A stretch of 64,000 bases of DNA, from the NCBI GenBank assembly GCA_963847445.1, contig CAWJZV010000048.1:32001-96000 (forward strand). The letters are read 5' to 3'. The notes below the pieces were generated by a model that saw only the letters and a program-made list of their open reading frames with translations, searched no databases and was not told the DNA's origin. Source of the DNA: an uncultured delta proteobacterium. Lineage in GTDB: Bacteria; Desulfobacterota; Binatia; UBA9968. Position 1 is the first letter of the stretch, and every line of letters starts with the position of its first letter. A program made the translations under genes and the position numbers. Shown here in pieces: positions 52,042 to 62,648 of this stretch.

Positions 52042-53793
52042 TTAATCTGCCGCCGCTCTCCGCCGCTCCTCCACCGCGTCTTTGATCGCTTGGTAAATAT
52101 TCTCCACCGCCGTTTCTTTGGTAACGCAGGTGACGGCGCCGGCGGCTTTCATCGCTTGGGTTACCTCTTCACCGATATCGAAGGACAGCCCGACGACGAT
52201 CGTCGACGGCAGCTCCTGGGTAATCAATTTGGTCGCGACGATGCCGTTCATGCGCGGCATGTTGATATCCATGACGACCACGTCGGGTTTAAGCTGGCGC
52301 GCCAACTCGACGCCTGCCCTGCCGTCTTTGGCTTCGCCGACCACCGTCAGGTCGGCGAACTCCTCGAGTATTTGCCGTAAGCCCCAGCGCACCACATCGT
52401 GATCGTCCACCAGCACCACGCTTAACCGTTTTCCCGTCGTCAGGGCCGCCCTCGCTGGTGCGAGAGCGTCGGTACCCGTCGGCGCTACTTCGGTTGGCGG
52501 CGCCGGCAAGGTAAATCGCACCCTCGCTCCCTGCCCCGGCTGCGAGGCGATTTCAAACTTGCCGCCAACCCGCTTGACGCGCTCGCGGATGATGAAAAGT
52601 CCAAAATTGTCGCCACCCTTATCATCGGCGCGCACGCTGTCAGGATCGAATCCCCGGCCATCGTCGGCGACTTCGACGGTCAACTCGCCGTCCGCGAGCG
52701 CATAGGAAATAGTCGCTTGGTTTGCCTGGGCATGCTTGACGACGTTCCACAAAAGCTCCCGCGCGCATTGAAAGGCTAGATCGGCACGGTCCGCGTCCAA
52801 GAGAAATCCTTCAGCCTCACCGCGCAGCTCGACCTTGAGTCCATGCCGTTCCTGCTGTTGGGCGCCGAGCCATGCGAGCGCCTGCGGCAGCCCTTGATGA
52901 TCGAGCACGCGCGGATGGAGCTGGGTCATCAGCGAGCGCGTATAGGCGATCGATTCGTCCAGCGCCCGCTGCGCTTCGGCCAGCCGTTCCTTCAAGGCGC
53001 CATCCAGCGCAAGCTTTTCGGCCCGGCCGATATTCAACCGGCTGAGCGTCAGCATCTGTGCCAGATGATCGTGCAGCTCCACCGCCAAGCGGCGCCGCTC
53101 GCGCTCTTCGGCCCGCGACAATTCGGCGACCAAGGCGCGCAAGCGCGCTTGCGACTCCGCCAGTTCCCGTGTCCGTTCGACGACTCGGCGATCCAAGTCT
53201 TCGGTCAGTTTGCGCAAGGCATTGTCGGCTTTTGTCCGCGCGCTGATGTCGGTGATGGCGATCTGACAATGAATCAGCCCCCCCTCGCTGTCACGGATCG
53301 CGACCGCCGAAAGCAAAGCATGCACCAGCGGCCGCTCGGCGGGCGCCAACCGGAGGGCAACTTCTTCCCGCCCCGCATTTTCAAACAGACGCCGGAAGAA
53401 ACTTTGGAATTCATCGCGGTCGGCGCCGGTCACCGAGCTGGCAAAACGGCGACCTTTGAGGTAGCGCCGCTCCGTGCCGAGCAACTCCGCGCCGGCCAGA
53501 TTGATCTCCTGGATCGTCCCAAGCCGGTCGAGGGTCGCGTAACCGACCGGCGCCAATTCATAGAGATCGAAGTATTTGTTTTTCGCCGCCGCCAGTTCGG
53601 ACTGGCTGCGTTGCAGTTCCTCGTTCTGCATCTCCAGTTCGATCTGATGCACTTGAAGTTCATGAACCAGTTCGGAAACCCCGGCGTCCAGGAGCGAGCC
53701 CGGTTCTTGGGCGAGCCGGGTGATTTGTCGCACGGCCTTTTCGCGCAGATCGCTGCGGGCTTTTTTCTTGATGTCGTCCGCGGCCATTTTCAC
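52042..53793 (-). CDS. Hybrid PAS / HisKA_3 histidine kinase with C-terminal receiver
   Basis: ELQVHQIELEMQNEEL, YELAPVGY, ERRRLAVELHD, DDGRGF and LVDDH...MDINMP motifs. Confidence 0.9.
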   Translation of the reverse strand: MKMAADDIKKKARSDLREKAVRQITRLAQEPGSLLDAGVSELVHELQVHQIELEMQNEELQRSQSELAAAKNKYFDLYELAPVGYATLDRLGTIQEINLAGAELLGTERRYLKGRRFASSVTGADRDEFQSFFRRLFENAGREEVALRLAPAERPLVHALLSAVAIRDSEGGLIHCQIAITDISARTKADNALRKLTEDLDRRVVERTRELAESQARLRALVAELSRAEERERRRLAVELHDHLAQMLTLSRLNIGRAEKLALDGALKERLAEAQRALDESIAYTRSLMTQLHPRVLDHQGLPQALAWLGAQQQERHGLKVELRGEAEGFLLDADRADLAFQCARELLWNVVKHAQANQATISYALADGELTVEVADDGRGFDPDSVRADDKGGDNFGLFIIRERVKRVGGKFEIASQPGQGARVRFTLPAPPTEVAPTGTDALAPARAALTTGKRLSVVLVDDHDVVRWGLRQILEEFADLTVVGEAKDGRAGVELARQLKPDVVVMDINMPRMNGIVATKLITQELPSTIVVGLSFDIGEEVTQAMKAAGAVTCVTKETAVENIYQAIKDAVEERRRAAAD

Positions 53794-53796
53794 ACC

Positions 53797-56754
53797 TCAA
53801 TTGTTTGAAATGGCTTCGTTGATCGCCAAAAGGATCGTCTCGGTGCCAACGCCGGCGCGAAAAATGCGCCGCGCGTTGACGATCATTTTTTTTCGGCCAA
53901 TTTTTGGAAAGTCATGCTCGACGACGAAATCGTCGACCTGGCTATTTTGCGGCAAGATCTTTTCCAACAACTCGCGCAGTGCGGGAATGTCCCACTGGCG
54001 GTTGCCCAGCTCAAAAAAGGATTGTGTGATGGTCGTGCCGATCTCGGCCTTAAACAGCCGGTAAAAAGCGCCGTTGGCGGCGATCACCCTGAGCTCGCCA
54101 TCGAGCGCCACCAGCGGCTCGCGCACCGTGTCGACGATGCCCTCGGCGAGATTTTTCGCCGCCGCCGCGGATTCGGCGAGCTTCAGATCGGTCATGTCGG
54201 TCAACGTCATGACCACGCCGTCGATCTCGTTATCCTGGGTCCGGTAGGGAATCGTCCGGCACAGATACCAGCGCCCATCCGTGCTTCTCACCTGTCTTTC
54301 CTTGGCCACCAAGGAGTCCAAGACCTGCGCCGCGTCGGCGGATAAATTATCCTCCTCCAGCTTGCTGGCGATGTGATGGAACGGCCGGCCGACGTCGCTT
54401 GGGATCAGATTGATGACCCTGCTCGCCTCGGCGGTAAAGCGCTTGATCGAGAGCTGGCGGTCGAGAAACACCGTGGCGATTCTCGTGCTATCGAGAAAGT
54501 TCTGCATGTCGTTGTTGGCGCCGGCCAGCTCGGCGAATTTCTCATGCAGCTCGGCATTGACCGAGACCAGCTCTTCGTTCAAAGACTGCATCTCCTCTTT
54601 TGAGGTCTCCAGTTCCTCGTTGGCGCTCTGCAGCTCCTCGTTAGTCGACTGCAACTCTTCATTCGACGATTTCAGCTCTTCGTTGGAGATTTGCAACTCC
54701 TCGATGCTGGCCTGCAAGTCTTGCCGGCCATAGTTCAACTCCTGCTCGAGCTGGGCGATGCGTTGGCTTGCCGTGGCGCTAATCACGTTCCGGCCCTTGC
54801 CAACTTTCACTGGCTTGGCAGCGATATCCTCGAAGGTCACCATCAGCAGCTCGCCCTTCTCGCCGACCTCGGGCACGGGCGCGACGGTCAAGGCGATCTC
54901 TTGGTTGCCGCCATTGACCTTGAGCCGGACCGCGCCGCCGCCAATCCGCTTGGCTTGCGCTCGCGCCTTGCGGATCGCGACCGCCAATGGATGGCGGATT
55001 TCCTGCCACGCCATTTCGAGGATGTTGAGATGGGCGTGTCCTGGGGCGATTTCAAGATATTTCCCGGTTTTGCCGTGGGCAAAGAAAATCTCATTGTTGG
55101 CATCGATAAACACACAGGGCGGCGCGGCGTTGGCGACCCGCGCCAAGAGCTTTTGCGTGACTTCAGAGAGCGGGTTTTTTCGCGCCGGCGGGTTGGCGGT
55201 TACAGACATGAGACTACCCCGTTTCAGTTGCGGCCGCGCCGAGGGAAACTCTACCGGCGCGGCGGCCACCGCGCTCGGCCGGCGTTTGAAGAGCTTCGAT
55301 TTTTTGTCGACGGGCGAGAACAGATCGGCGTGCCGGTCGATACTCTCGGACGAGCCCAGGAATAAAATCCCGCCGGGTTTGATGGCGTAATGGAACAGCG
55401 GCAAAAGTCTTCTTTGCGGCTCGGCATCGAGATAGATCAGCAGATTGCGGCAGCTCAGCAGATCGAGTTTGGTAAACGGCGGATCTTTGAGCACGTCATG
55501 CAGCGCGAATATCGCCACCTGCCGGATATCTTTGTTAATCCGAAAGCCATTGCCCTCGGCGGTGAAAAATCGTTTCAAGCGCTGCGGCGCTACGTCCGCG
55601 GCGATGCTGGCAGGGTATAACCCGGCGCGTGCCACCGCCAGCGCATCGGCGTCGATATCGCTGGCGAAAATTTGCAGGTTAAAATTCTTTTTGAGCTTAT
55701 CCATGCACTCGCGCAGGACGATGGCGAGCGAATAGACCTCTTCGCCGCTCGAACAGCCGGCCACCCAAACCCGCACGGGCTCGCCTCTAGCTCGGTCGGC
55801 GAGCAGACGCGGCAGGACATCGCGGCGCAATACCTCGAAGGCTTCACGGTCGCGGAAAAAACTCGTCACACCGATCAACAGCTCCTTGAACAGCACGTCA
55901 CATTCCTGCGGCCGGCGCGCCAAATAACTGGCATAATGCGCCATCTTGTCGAGCTGGTGCAGGCTCATGCGCCGCTCGATGCGCCGCTCGATGGTATTTT
56001 TTTTGTACAAGGAAAAATCATGACCGGTGCGCGCGTGCAGCAGTTGGCAGATTTTCCCCAGCGGCTCGGCAGCTTGTTCAACAATCGCCGGCGGCCGGGA
56101 AACTCCGTGGGTCAGATAATCGACCAGTTGCCGGGCCATTTTCTCGGGTGCGAGAATGTAGTTCACCAATCCGGTTTCGACGGCGCTGCGCGGCATGCCG
56201 TCATACTCCGCCGTTGCCGGTTCCTGGGCCATCGCCATGCCCGAGCGCGCTTTGATCGCTTCGAGCCCCAGGGTGCCGTCCATGCCGTTGCCCGAGAGAA
56301 TAATCCCGACAGCGCGCGCGCCGCGATCCGCCGCCAGCGAGGTAAAGAAAGCATCGATCGGCAGCCGCAAGCGCCTCGGCTCTTTGAGCATCTGCAGCCG
56401 CAGCATGCCATGGGCGATCGTCATTGCGTTATTGGGCGGAATCACATGGACCCGGTTGGCCTCGACCTTCATGCCGTCTTCGGCCTGGACGATCGCCATC
56501 TCGGTGTATTTCTTGAGCAGCTCGGGCAGCATGCTCACATGGTTCGGGTCGAGATGAGGAATCAACACGAAGCCCGCGCCGCTGTCGGCCGGCATGTTGG
56601 CGAACAACCCCGCGAAGGCTTTGAGCCCGCCGGCCGATGCGCCGATGGCGACGATTGGGAATGGCTCGCTATTATTTTTAGAAGAAGCGCTTCGCCGCTT
56701 CGGCTTAGCGCGCTGGCGTGATGCTCGCGGCTTGGTAAATTTTTTTACCGCCAT
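53797..56754 (-). CDS. CheB-CheR fusion protein with coiled coil and PAS domains
   Basis: IGASAGG, ILSGNGMDG, VTSFFRD, GCSSGEE, SCRNLLIY, NEELQS repeats and PAS region; intact 985 aa. Confidence 0.93.
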   Translation of the reverse strand: MAVKKFTKPRASRQRAKPKRRSASSKNNSEPFPIVAIGASAGGLKAFAGLFANMPADSGAGFVLIPHLDPNHVSMLPELLKKYTEMAIVQAEDGMKVEANRVHVIPPNNAMTIAHGMLRLQMLKEPRRLRLPIDAFFTSLAADRGARAVGIILSGNGMDGTLGLEAIKARSGMAMAQEPATAEYDGMPRSAVETGLVNYILAPEKMARQLVDYLTHGVSRPPAIVEQAAEPLGKICQLLHARTGHDFSLYKKNTIERRIERRMSLHQLDKMAHYASYLARRPQECDVLFKELLIGVTSFFRDREAFEVLRRDVLPRLLADRARGEPVRVWVAGCSSGEEVYSLAIVLRECMDKLKKNFNLQIFASDIDADALAVARAGLYPASIAADVAPQRLKRFFTAEGNGFRINKDIRQVAIFALHDVLKDPPFTKLDLLSCRNLLIYLDAEPQRRLLPLFHYAIKPGGILFLGSSESIDRHADLFSPVDKKSKLFKRRPSAVAAAPVEFPSARPQLKRGSLMSVTANPPARKNPLSEVTQKLLARVANAAPPCVFIDANNEIFFAHGKTGKYLEIAPGHAHLNILEMAWQEIRHPLAVAIRKARAQAKRIGGGAVRLKVNGGNQEIALTVAPVPEVGEKGELLMVTFEDIAAKPVKVGKGRNVISATASQRIAQLEQELNYGRQDLQASIEELQISNEELKSSNEELQSTNEELQSANEELETSKEEMQSLNEELVSVNAELHEKFAELAGANNDMQNFLDSTRIATVFLDRQLSIKRFTAEASRVINLIPSDVGRPFHHIASKLEEDNLSADAAQVLDSLVAKERQVRSTDGRWYLCRTIPYRTQDNEIDGVVMTLTDMTDLKLAESAAAAKNLAEGIVDTVREPLVALDGELRVIAANGAFYRLFKAEIGTTITQSFFELGNRQWDIPALRELLEKILPQNSQVDDFVVEHDFPKIGRKKMIVNARRIFRAGVGTETILLAINEAISNN

Positions 56755-57058
56755 TCAAACCACCTTCAACCACCACCCACGGCCAGAATTAAATGCCGGT
56801 GAGCCAAGGCCGCGCTGTACTACAGAGGTTTTTCTCGGGGCAATTACTCTCAATCCGTTATCACGAAATTGTCAGGAAAGCATATGGCGCCTGAGCGCGT
56901 TGAATCGCGCTGGTTACTATCGTCAATCTGCAATTCTCCATGCACGGCTCGATGCGCCGAAATTCGCACCATAGGAGCAACACCGGCTTCATGTGCCGTC
57001 ACTCCGCGACGCTCCTCCATCGCGCAAACGGGAAATTACTTCCGCTTAGGCCCAACCC

Positions 57059-57210
57059 ACGCCAAGTTCGGCCTGGGTGTCATTTCGACCGTAGGGAGAA
57101 ATCTCGCCTAGGTCCCGCGCATTCGCTGACGGCATCGGCCGGTCAGGTTTGCCGCCTTGGGGTTTTTGCGGGAGAAATTCTCAGCCATTTTTTTGCGCCA
57201 TTTGCGGCTC
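57059..57210. repeat. Degenerate composite repeat related to 34487..34629
   Basis: tgtcatttcgaccgtagggagaaatct resembles the reverse complement of the inner element at 34560-34584; ttgcgggagaaattct is shared. Confidence 0.6.
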
Positions 57211-57246
57211 TGCCGCGTTAGAGCCTCCGGGGTTGATTGCCCCCTC

Positions 57247-58177
57247 CTAAAGATGCGGCATGATTTGCTTGGCGCAGATTTCCAAATGCTCGGTCTCGTC
57301 GAACATCGGATTGAAGACGATCTGTTGCGCGCCGGCTTTGACGATCTCCTTGGATTTGCTCGGTGCACTTGGCGGCGCTGCCCCAGATGGAAACCTTTGG
57401 ACCGAGATCGGCATTCTTGTAGCGCCGCGCAAACCATTCTCGAATACGCCGCTCGCCGCGCGCTTCGTCGTTGTCCACCGCCATGTAAACGCGCTTGGCG
57501 AAATGAAACGTCGCCGGATCTCGCTTGGCTTCGGCGAGCATGTCGCGAATCCGCGCCGACTCGCGCACGAACGATGCCGCAGACGACGAACCCGCGCCCA
57601 TCCAGCCATTGGCATACTTAACCGCGCGGCGCAGCGCGTTCTCATGATGACCGCCGAAGATGATCGGCAGATGCGGTTTTTGCACCGGCTTGGGCTCCAT
57701 GGAAATATCATCGAAATTCCAATAGCGCCCATGAAAGCTCGCCTTGGGCTCGGTCCACAGGAGCTGCATGATCTGCACCGCTTCGCTGAAGCGCGTCACC
57801 CGCCCTTCGCGGGTGTAGCCGAAGACGTCTTCGTGCGAACCCAAGTGTCCGCCGCCCAGACCGACACCCATCACCGCGCGCCCGCCGCTCATGACGTCCA
57901 AAGTCGAATAAGCTTTGGCCAGCTGCACCGGATTGCGCAGCGGCAAGAGAATCACCGAAGTGCCTAACTTCAACTTACTCGTGATCGCCGCGACGTAGCT
58001 AAGCAGCGTCACCGGTTCGAGCATGGTGAAATCGCCGATCACCCGCTCCTGCAGCCACAAACTGTCGAACCCCAGGGCCTCCGCCCGCGTCGCGAACTTG
58101 CGGATATGCTCCATGTCGGCAGGTCCGTCGAAAAATACTTGCGGCAGTTCGATGCCGCAGGGAGTGTGATTTGCCAT
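57247..58177 (-). CDS. LLM-class flavin-dependent oxidoreductase (indel near the C-terminus)
   Basis: AEALGFDSLW, LGTSV, TLDVMSGGR, PKPVQKPH and ALRRA motifs. Confidence 0.9.
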
Positions 58178-58210
58178 GAAGTACGGTCTCCTTGATTAAT
58201 AAACATCCGT

Positions 58211-58577
58211 TTCACCACGAAGGCACGAAGGACACGAAGGTTTCGGAGAATTGAAACTCCGAACTTCGTGCTCTTCGTGTCCTCCTTCGAAAATACAGGT
58301 GAGGGGATGATATGCACAGCGAAGAGCCTCCGGGGCTCCGTCATGCCGGCGCAGGCCGGCATCCAGACCCATCATCCACCTGGATACCGTTTTTCAACGG
58401 TATGACGGACTCTGTCCGTCACCTGGATTCCCGCGTGCGCGGGAATGACGAATCGAGCAGGGAGCATGTTCTGGGAATGCCAACCATTTTCATGCTCTGT
58501 AGGCGAGCGCAAGCTCATGGACACTTCGTGGTGAGTCTTCCCCTTCGCGTTTTTCTCCCTTTGCGTCTCTTTGCGGC
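58211..58577. repeat. Nested repeat complex: CACGAAG palindrome interrupted by an insert of about 240 bp that contains dRS3-like hairpins
   Basis: Left arm 58211-58239; right arm starts 58264-58283 and finishes at 58524-58534; inner GTCAT/ATGAC hairpins at 58339-58450. Confidence 0.8.
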
Positions 58578-58587
58578 CAATTCATTC

Positions 58588-59740
58588 TTAACTCACGCCA
58601 TACAGCCGTGCGCAGTTGTCCCAGAGAATTTTTTTTCGCGATGAACTCGGCAGCTCCATCGCCATGAAATGATTGACGGCGTCGGGCCAGTGCGAGTCGG
58701 CGTGGGGATAATCGGTTGAGATCACCACGTTATCGTCGCCGATGCGCTTGACCACGTCGCCGACCAGATTCTCTTCGACATCGACTGAGATGAAACATTG
58801 GCGCAGGAAATAGTCGCTCGGCTTCATGCTCAGCGATTCGTTACAATACTCTTTGCGCATCTCCCAGCGCTCGTCCAAACGGTACAGCGCCCAGGGCAGC
58901 CAGCCGCAGTTGCCTTCGAGAAACGCGACACGGAGCTTGGGAAATCTTTCGAGCACGCCGCCGGCGCAAAAACTGCCGACGGCGAACATGAGCTCGATGG
59001 GATTGCGGAAGGCGTTGATCAGCACCGCCTCGTTGGCCTGGCCGCGAAAGCGGTGCACCGCTTGATCCTGATTGGGGCTCGCCGCCGGATGGAAACAGAC
59101 CGGCACGCCGAGTTTTTCCGCTTCGCGCCACACCGGGTCGTAGTAACGGTCGTGGATATGTTTGCCGTTGCTCGGCTCGGGCACGAGGCATAGACCGATG
59201 GCGCCCAGCTGGTTGATCGCGCGCCGGGTCTCGTCCACCGCCAGATCGACATCGTGCAGCGTGATCAGCGCCGATGGCCGCAGCCGCTGAGGATCGGCTT
59301 GGCAAAAATCCGCCATCCAGTCGTTCCACGCGCGGCACAGCGCATTGGCGTACTCCGGCTCCAAACTATCGTCGCAGTGCAGCGGAAAAGTCCGGAACAA
59401 CACCGCGACATCCAACCCCTCGTCGTCCATCGCCGCCAACTGTGACACGGCGTCATAATCGCGCGCCAATGGCTTGGCATAGCGATGCGCGACCTGCGCT
59501 TCGCCCGGCGCGCTTTCGCCGCTGTTGGACTTGGGCGCGGTCGCGGCTAGCGCTTGGGTTCCCGACGGACGCAGCGGCCGGCCGTCGGAGTAGGTAAATT
59601 TTATTTGCCCATGCTTGGTGCGCGGCTTGCCGCGCGGGATGCGCTCGCCCCATTTGGCGATCCATGTACTTCTCGTAGAGATCGTAGGGTTCGAACACAT
59701 GCATATCGCTGTCGAGGATCTTGTAACCGTCGCGCGCCAT
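58588..59740 (-). CDS. Amidohydrolase family 2 protein (indel near the N-terminus)
   Basis: DSDMH, AWNDW, FHP, FLEGNCGW, STDYPHAD and KILWDNCARLY motifs. Confidence 0.9.
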
Positions 59741-59758
59741 GGCGTTACCTCCGTAATG

Positions 59759-59941
59759 CTAATCGCCGAATATTGTCTTCATCCGGGCACCACATCGGCG
59801 GGCGTTTCGATGACCTTCTTGGATCGTCTTGGCTTGATAGAACGGCGCTTGCACCGATGCGGCGCCGGCATTCACCATCGTCGCCAAGATCAGCAAAAAA
59901 TATTGGCGCCGTCTCGCAAGGGGTGGAAAACAGCGAGTCAT
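59759..59941 (-). pseudogene. Internally deleted solute-binding protein remnant (TctC/Bug-like)
   Basis: Signal-like stretch plus QAPFYQAKTI joined directly to a C-terminal-like KVIETPADVV..MKTIFGD*. Confidence 0.55.
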
Positions 59942-59982
59942 AACTTCGGCTCATGACTAGTCTCAGCCCGGCGCCATGTCAA

Positions 59983-60012
59983 CTGAAAAAGTCCCGGCTG
60001 AAAAAGTCCCGG
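59983..60012. repeat. 15-bp tandem duplication in a divergent promoter region
   Basis: ctgaaaaagtcccgg repeated twice. Confidence 0.7.
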
Positions 60013-60118
60013 CGCGCCACGCGCAACCGACGCCGAAGTTCATCTTGACAACACCGCGGGGAGCTGTAAAAGATTCCGCAGCGCATTAACGTCACGGAAT
60101 AAATTTCGGGAGGTTTCC

Positions 60119-61651
60119 ATGCTCTCAGCGAACTCAAAACTGGCATTGATGTTTTTTTTGGCAACTGCCGCAATTCTGGGCAATTCGAGTTTCGCCGACT
60201 CCCAGACGCCGCATCACCGTCGGCGTCACCGAAACCATCGAAACCCACAACCCTTACGGCGACAGCGTGTCGTTGCTGTACGGCATCTGGAGCGAGATCA
60301 CCGGCCCGTTTTGCACCTACAACTACGCCAAAGGCGACTTTGAAGGGCGGCTCGCCGAGAAGTGGAAAGTGGAAAATCCCACCACCTGGATTTTCTCGTT
60401 GAACAAGAACTACAAATTCAACGACGGCTCGCCGGTGACCGCCGACGACGTGGTCCATTCGATCGTCAATCGGGTGATCAAGGACCCGCAGTCCAAGCAG
60501 AAAGCCTCCGTCGCGCCGTCGGTCGTCAACGCCGAGGCCATCGACAAGTTCACCGTCAAGATCACCACCGACAAACCGACGGCGCCGTTGTTATCGTTTT
60601 TCTGCGACCGGTTGATCATCACCAGCAAAGCGATGTTCGACAAATACGGCCGCGATGTCGCCGACAAAGAGCACATGATCGGCGCCGGTCCCTATCGCTT
60701 GAAAGAGTTGATTCCCGGGCAACGTCTGGTCATCGCCAAAAACCCCAATCATCCGGAGGCCAAAAGAAATCCCCGCGCCCCGGACGAAGTGGTCTATCGG
60801 ATCATGCGCGAACCGGAGCAACGCGTCACGGCTTTGTTGAACGACGAGATTCAGATCGGCCAGTTCGTGCCGCCGCATATGCGCCAGCGGGTCGAGACCA
60901 ATAAGAGTCTGCGCATCACGCCGGTGGATTCCGTCGAGATCATGTTCCTGGCGATGCAACCCAAACCGCCCTTCGACAAGAAGGAAGTCCGCCAGGCGGT
61001 GTGCCAGGCCATCAATCGCGACCAGATCATCGCGACGTTACTTGGAGAGTTTCGCCAGCCGCCTCGACGGTCCGCTCGGGCCGGGACAGTACGGCTACGA
61101 TCCGACTTTGAAGCCAAAACTCAACTACGATCCGGAGAAAGCCAAGAAACTCTTGGCGCAGGCCGGATTTCCCAACGGCGTCGATGCCGAACTGCAAACC
61201 CCGGTGGGACGCTACACTCTGGACAAGCAACTCACCGAAGCGATGATCCCGATGCTCAACGCCGTCGGCATTCGCGCCAAGCTGGCGACACCCGAGTGGG
61301 CGACGCTCTGGGCCAACGTGCAAAAAGGCACGGTGCCTTTCTATTATATGGGCCGCGGCTCGGTCCAGGATCCCGAGCGCCGCGCTGCATCAATATTTCC
61401 ACACCGGCGAGACGCCGCGCATCGGCTATTCCAATCCCAAGGTCGACGAACTTCTCGACAAGGAGCAACAGGAGTTCGATCCGAAAAAACGCCGGCAGTA
61501 TTTGTCGCAAGCGATGAGCCTGATCACCGAAGACGCGCCGGCCTGCTTCATGTGGCGGCATAAGTTGCTGTGGGGCTTGCACAACCGCGTCGATTACAAA
61601 CCGCTGCCGGACTCGCGCGTCTATGCCATCGATATGGCGGTAAAAAAATAA
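60119..61651 (+). CDS. Peptide/nickel ABC transporter substrate-binding protein (family 5), indels
   Basis: LAEKW, FNDGSPVTADDV, IGAGPY, VRQAVCQAINRD, YDPEKAKKLLAQAG and YSNPKVD motifs. Confidence 0.9.
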
Positions 61652-61703
61652 AACTAACGCCGAACCGTAACGCGGCGTAAGAATGGTCGCGGGGAGAGGA
61701 GCC

Positions 61704-62579
61704 ATGCAGAAGGAAAAATTTGTCGACGTTGACGGCATCCGCACCCGTTATTTCGAAGCCGGCAGCGGCCCCGATCTGGTGTTGTTTCACGGCGGCCACT
61801 TCGGCTCCCACGACGCCGCCGACTGCGCCGAGGATTGGAGCCTCAACTTCGACGAGCTGGCGCAATGGTTCCACGTCATCGCCGTCGACAAGATCGGCCA
61901 GGGCTTCACTGACAATCCCAAAAAAGACCAAGACTATACGATGGCTGCTGTCGTGCAGCACGCTTATAATTTTTTGCAAGTCCTCGGAGTGCGCAATGCC
62001 CACCCGGTGGGTCATTCGCGCGGCGCCTATCTGGTTGGGCGCTTGGTGATCGAGCATCCCGAGCTGTTCGCCACTTGCATTCTCGTCGACACCAACACGC
62101 TGGCTCCGGGTATCAGTAAAAATGAAACCGTGATGGCCAATCCGCCCCAGCCGCGCTTGAGCCGGGAAAGCCAGCGCTGGATCTTGCAGAAATACTCCTA
62201 TGGCCATGAACATATTACTGAAGAATGGTTGGACGTGATGATGCGTGTGGCGGCAACCGCGAAATACCAAGAGGCGGTACGCAAAATGGAAGATGTCGGC
62301 CTGCGCACGACCCGCTTCCTGCCCCACTTGGCGCGGCAAAAAGACGAGACGCTGGGAATTATTCGCGACCGCGGCTTGGGCAAGCCCACGTTGCTCGCCT
62401 GGTCCTATCAAGATCCGACAGCGACCATCGACCAGGGCTACGCGCTCTTCGACTTAATTGCCCGCAGCACGCCGGACTCGCGCATGTATATCTACAACCG
62501 CGCCGGCCATTTTTCTTACCGCGAGCATCCCGCGGAGTTTAACGAGATGCTGCGCAGCTTCATCCAGCGTGTCGTTTAG
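61704..62579 (+). CDS. Alpha/beta hydrolase (C-C/meta-cleavage hydrolase-like)
   Basis: LFHGG, DKIGQG, GHSRGA nucleophile elbow, QDPT and AGHF motifs. Confidence 0.88.
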   Translation: MQKEKFVDVDGIRTRYFEAGSGPDLVLFHGGHFGSHDAADCAEDWSLNFDELAQWFHVIAVDKIGQGFTDNPKKDQDYTMAAVVQHAYNFLQVLGVRNAHPVGHSRGAYLVGRLVIEHPELFATCILVDTNTLAPGISKNETVMANPPQPRLSRESQRWILQKYSYGHEHITEEWLDVMMRVAATAKYQEAVRKMEDVGLRTTRFLPHLARQKDETLGIIRDRGLGKPTLLAWSYQDPTATIDQGYALFDLIARSTPDSRMYIYNRAGHFSYREHPAEFNEMLRSFIQRVV

Positions 62580-62615
62580 AGAGCACTCAGCATCGCCGAC
62601 CGTCCGAGGCGGACC

Positions 62616-62646
62616 TTGAACTTTTGAACCCTTGAACCTTGAACGA
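62616..62646. repeat. TTGAAC-unit repeat, copy 2
   Basis: Identical to 47415..47445; ends 2 bp before the permease start codon. Confidence 0.85.
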
Positions 62647-62648
62647 AC

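Noticed and set aside
54590-54700. Tandem repeats inside the CheB-CheR gene
   Set aside because: They are the usual NEELQS heptads of this family, not a separate element.
22308-58577. CRISPR array from the recurring repeats
   Set aside because: The repeats are dispersed palindromes with no regular repeat-spacer period, and there are no cas genes.
222-61651. Widespread frameshifts read as pseudogenes or programmed frameshifting
   Set aside because: They hit essential genes (infB, dnaB) as well as truB, pckG and ilvD, leave catalytic motifs intact and show no consistent slippery site. Uncorrected long-read indels explain them best.
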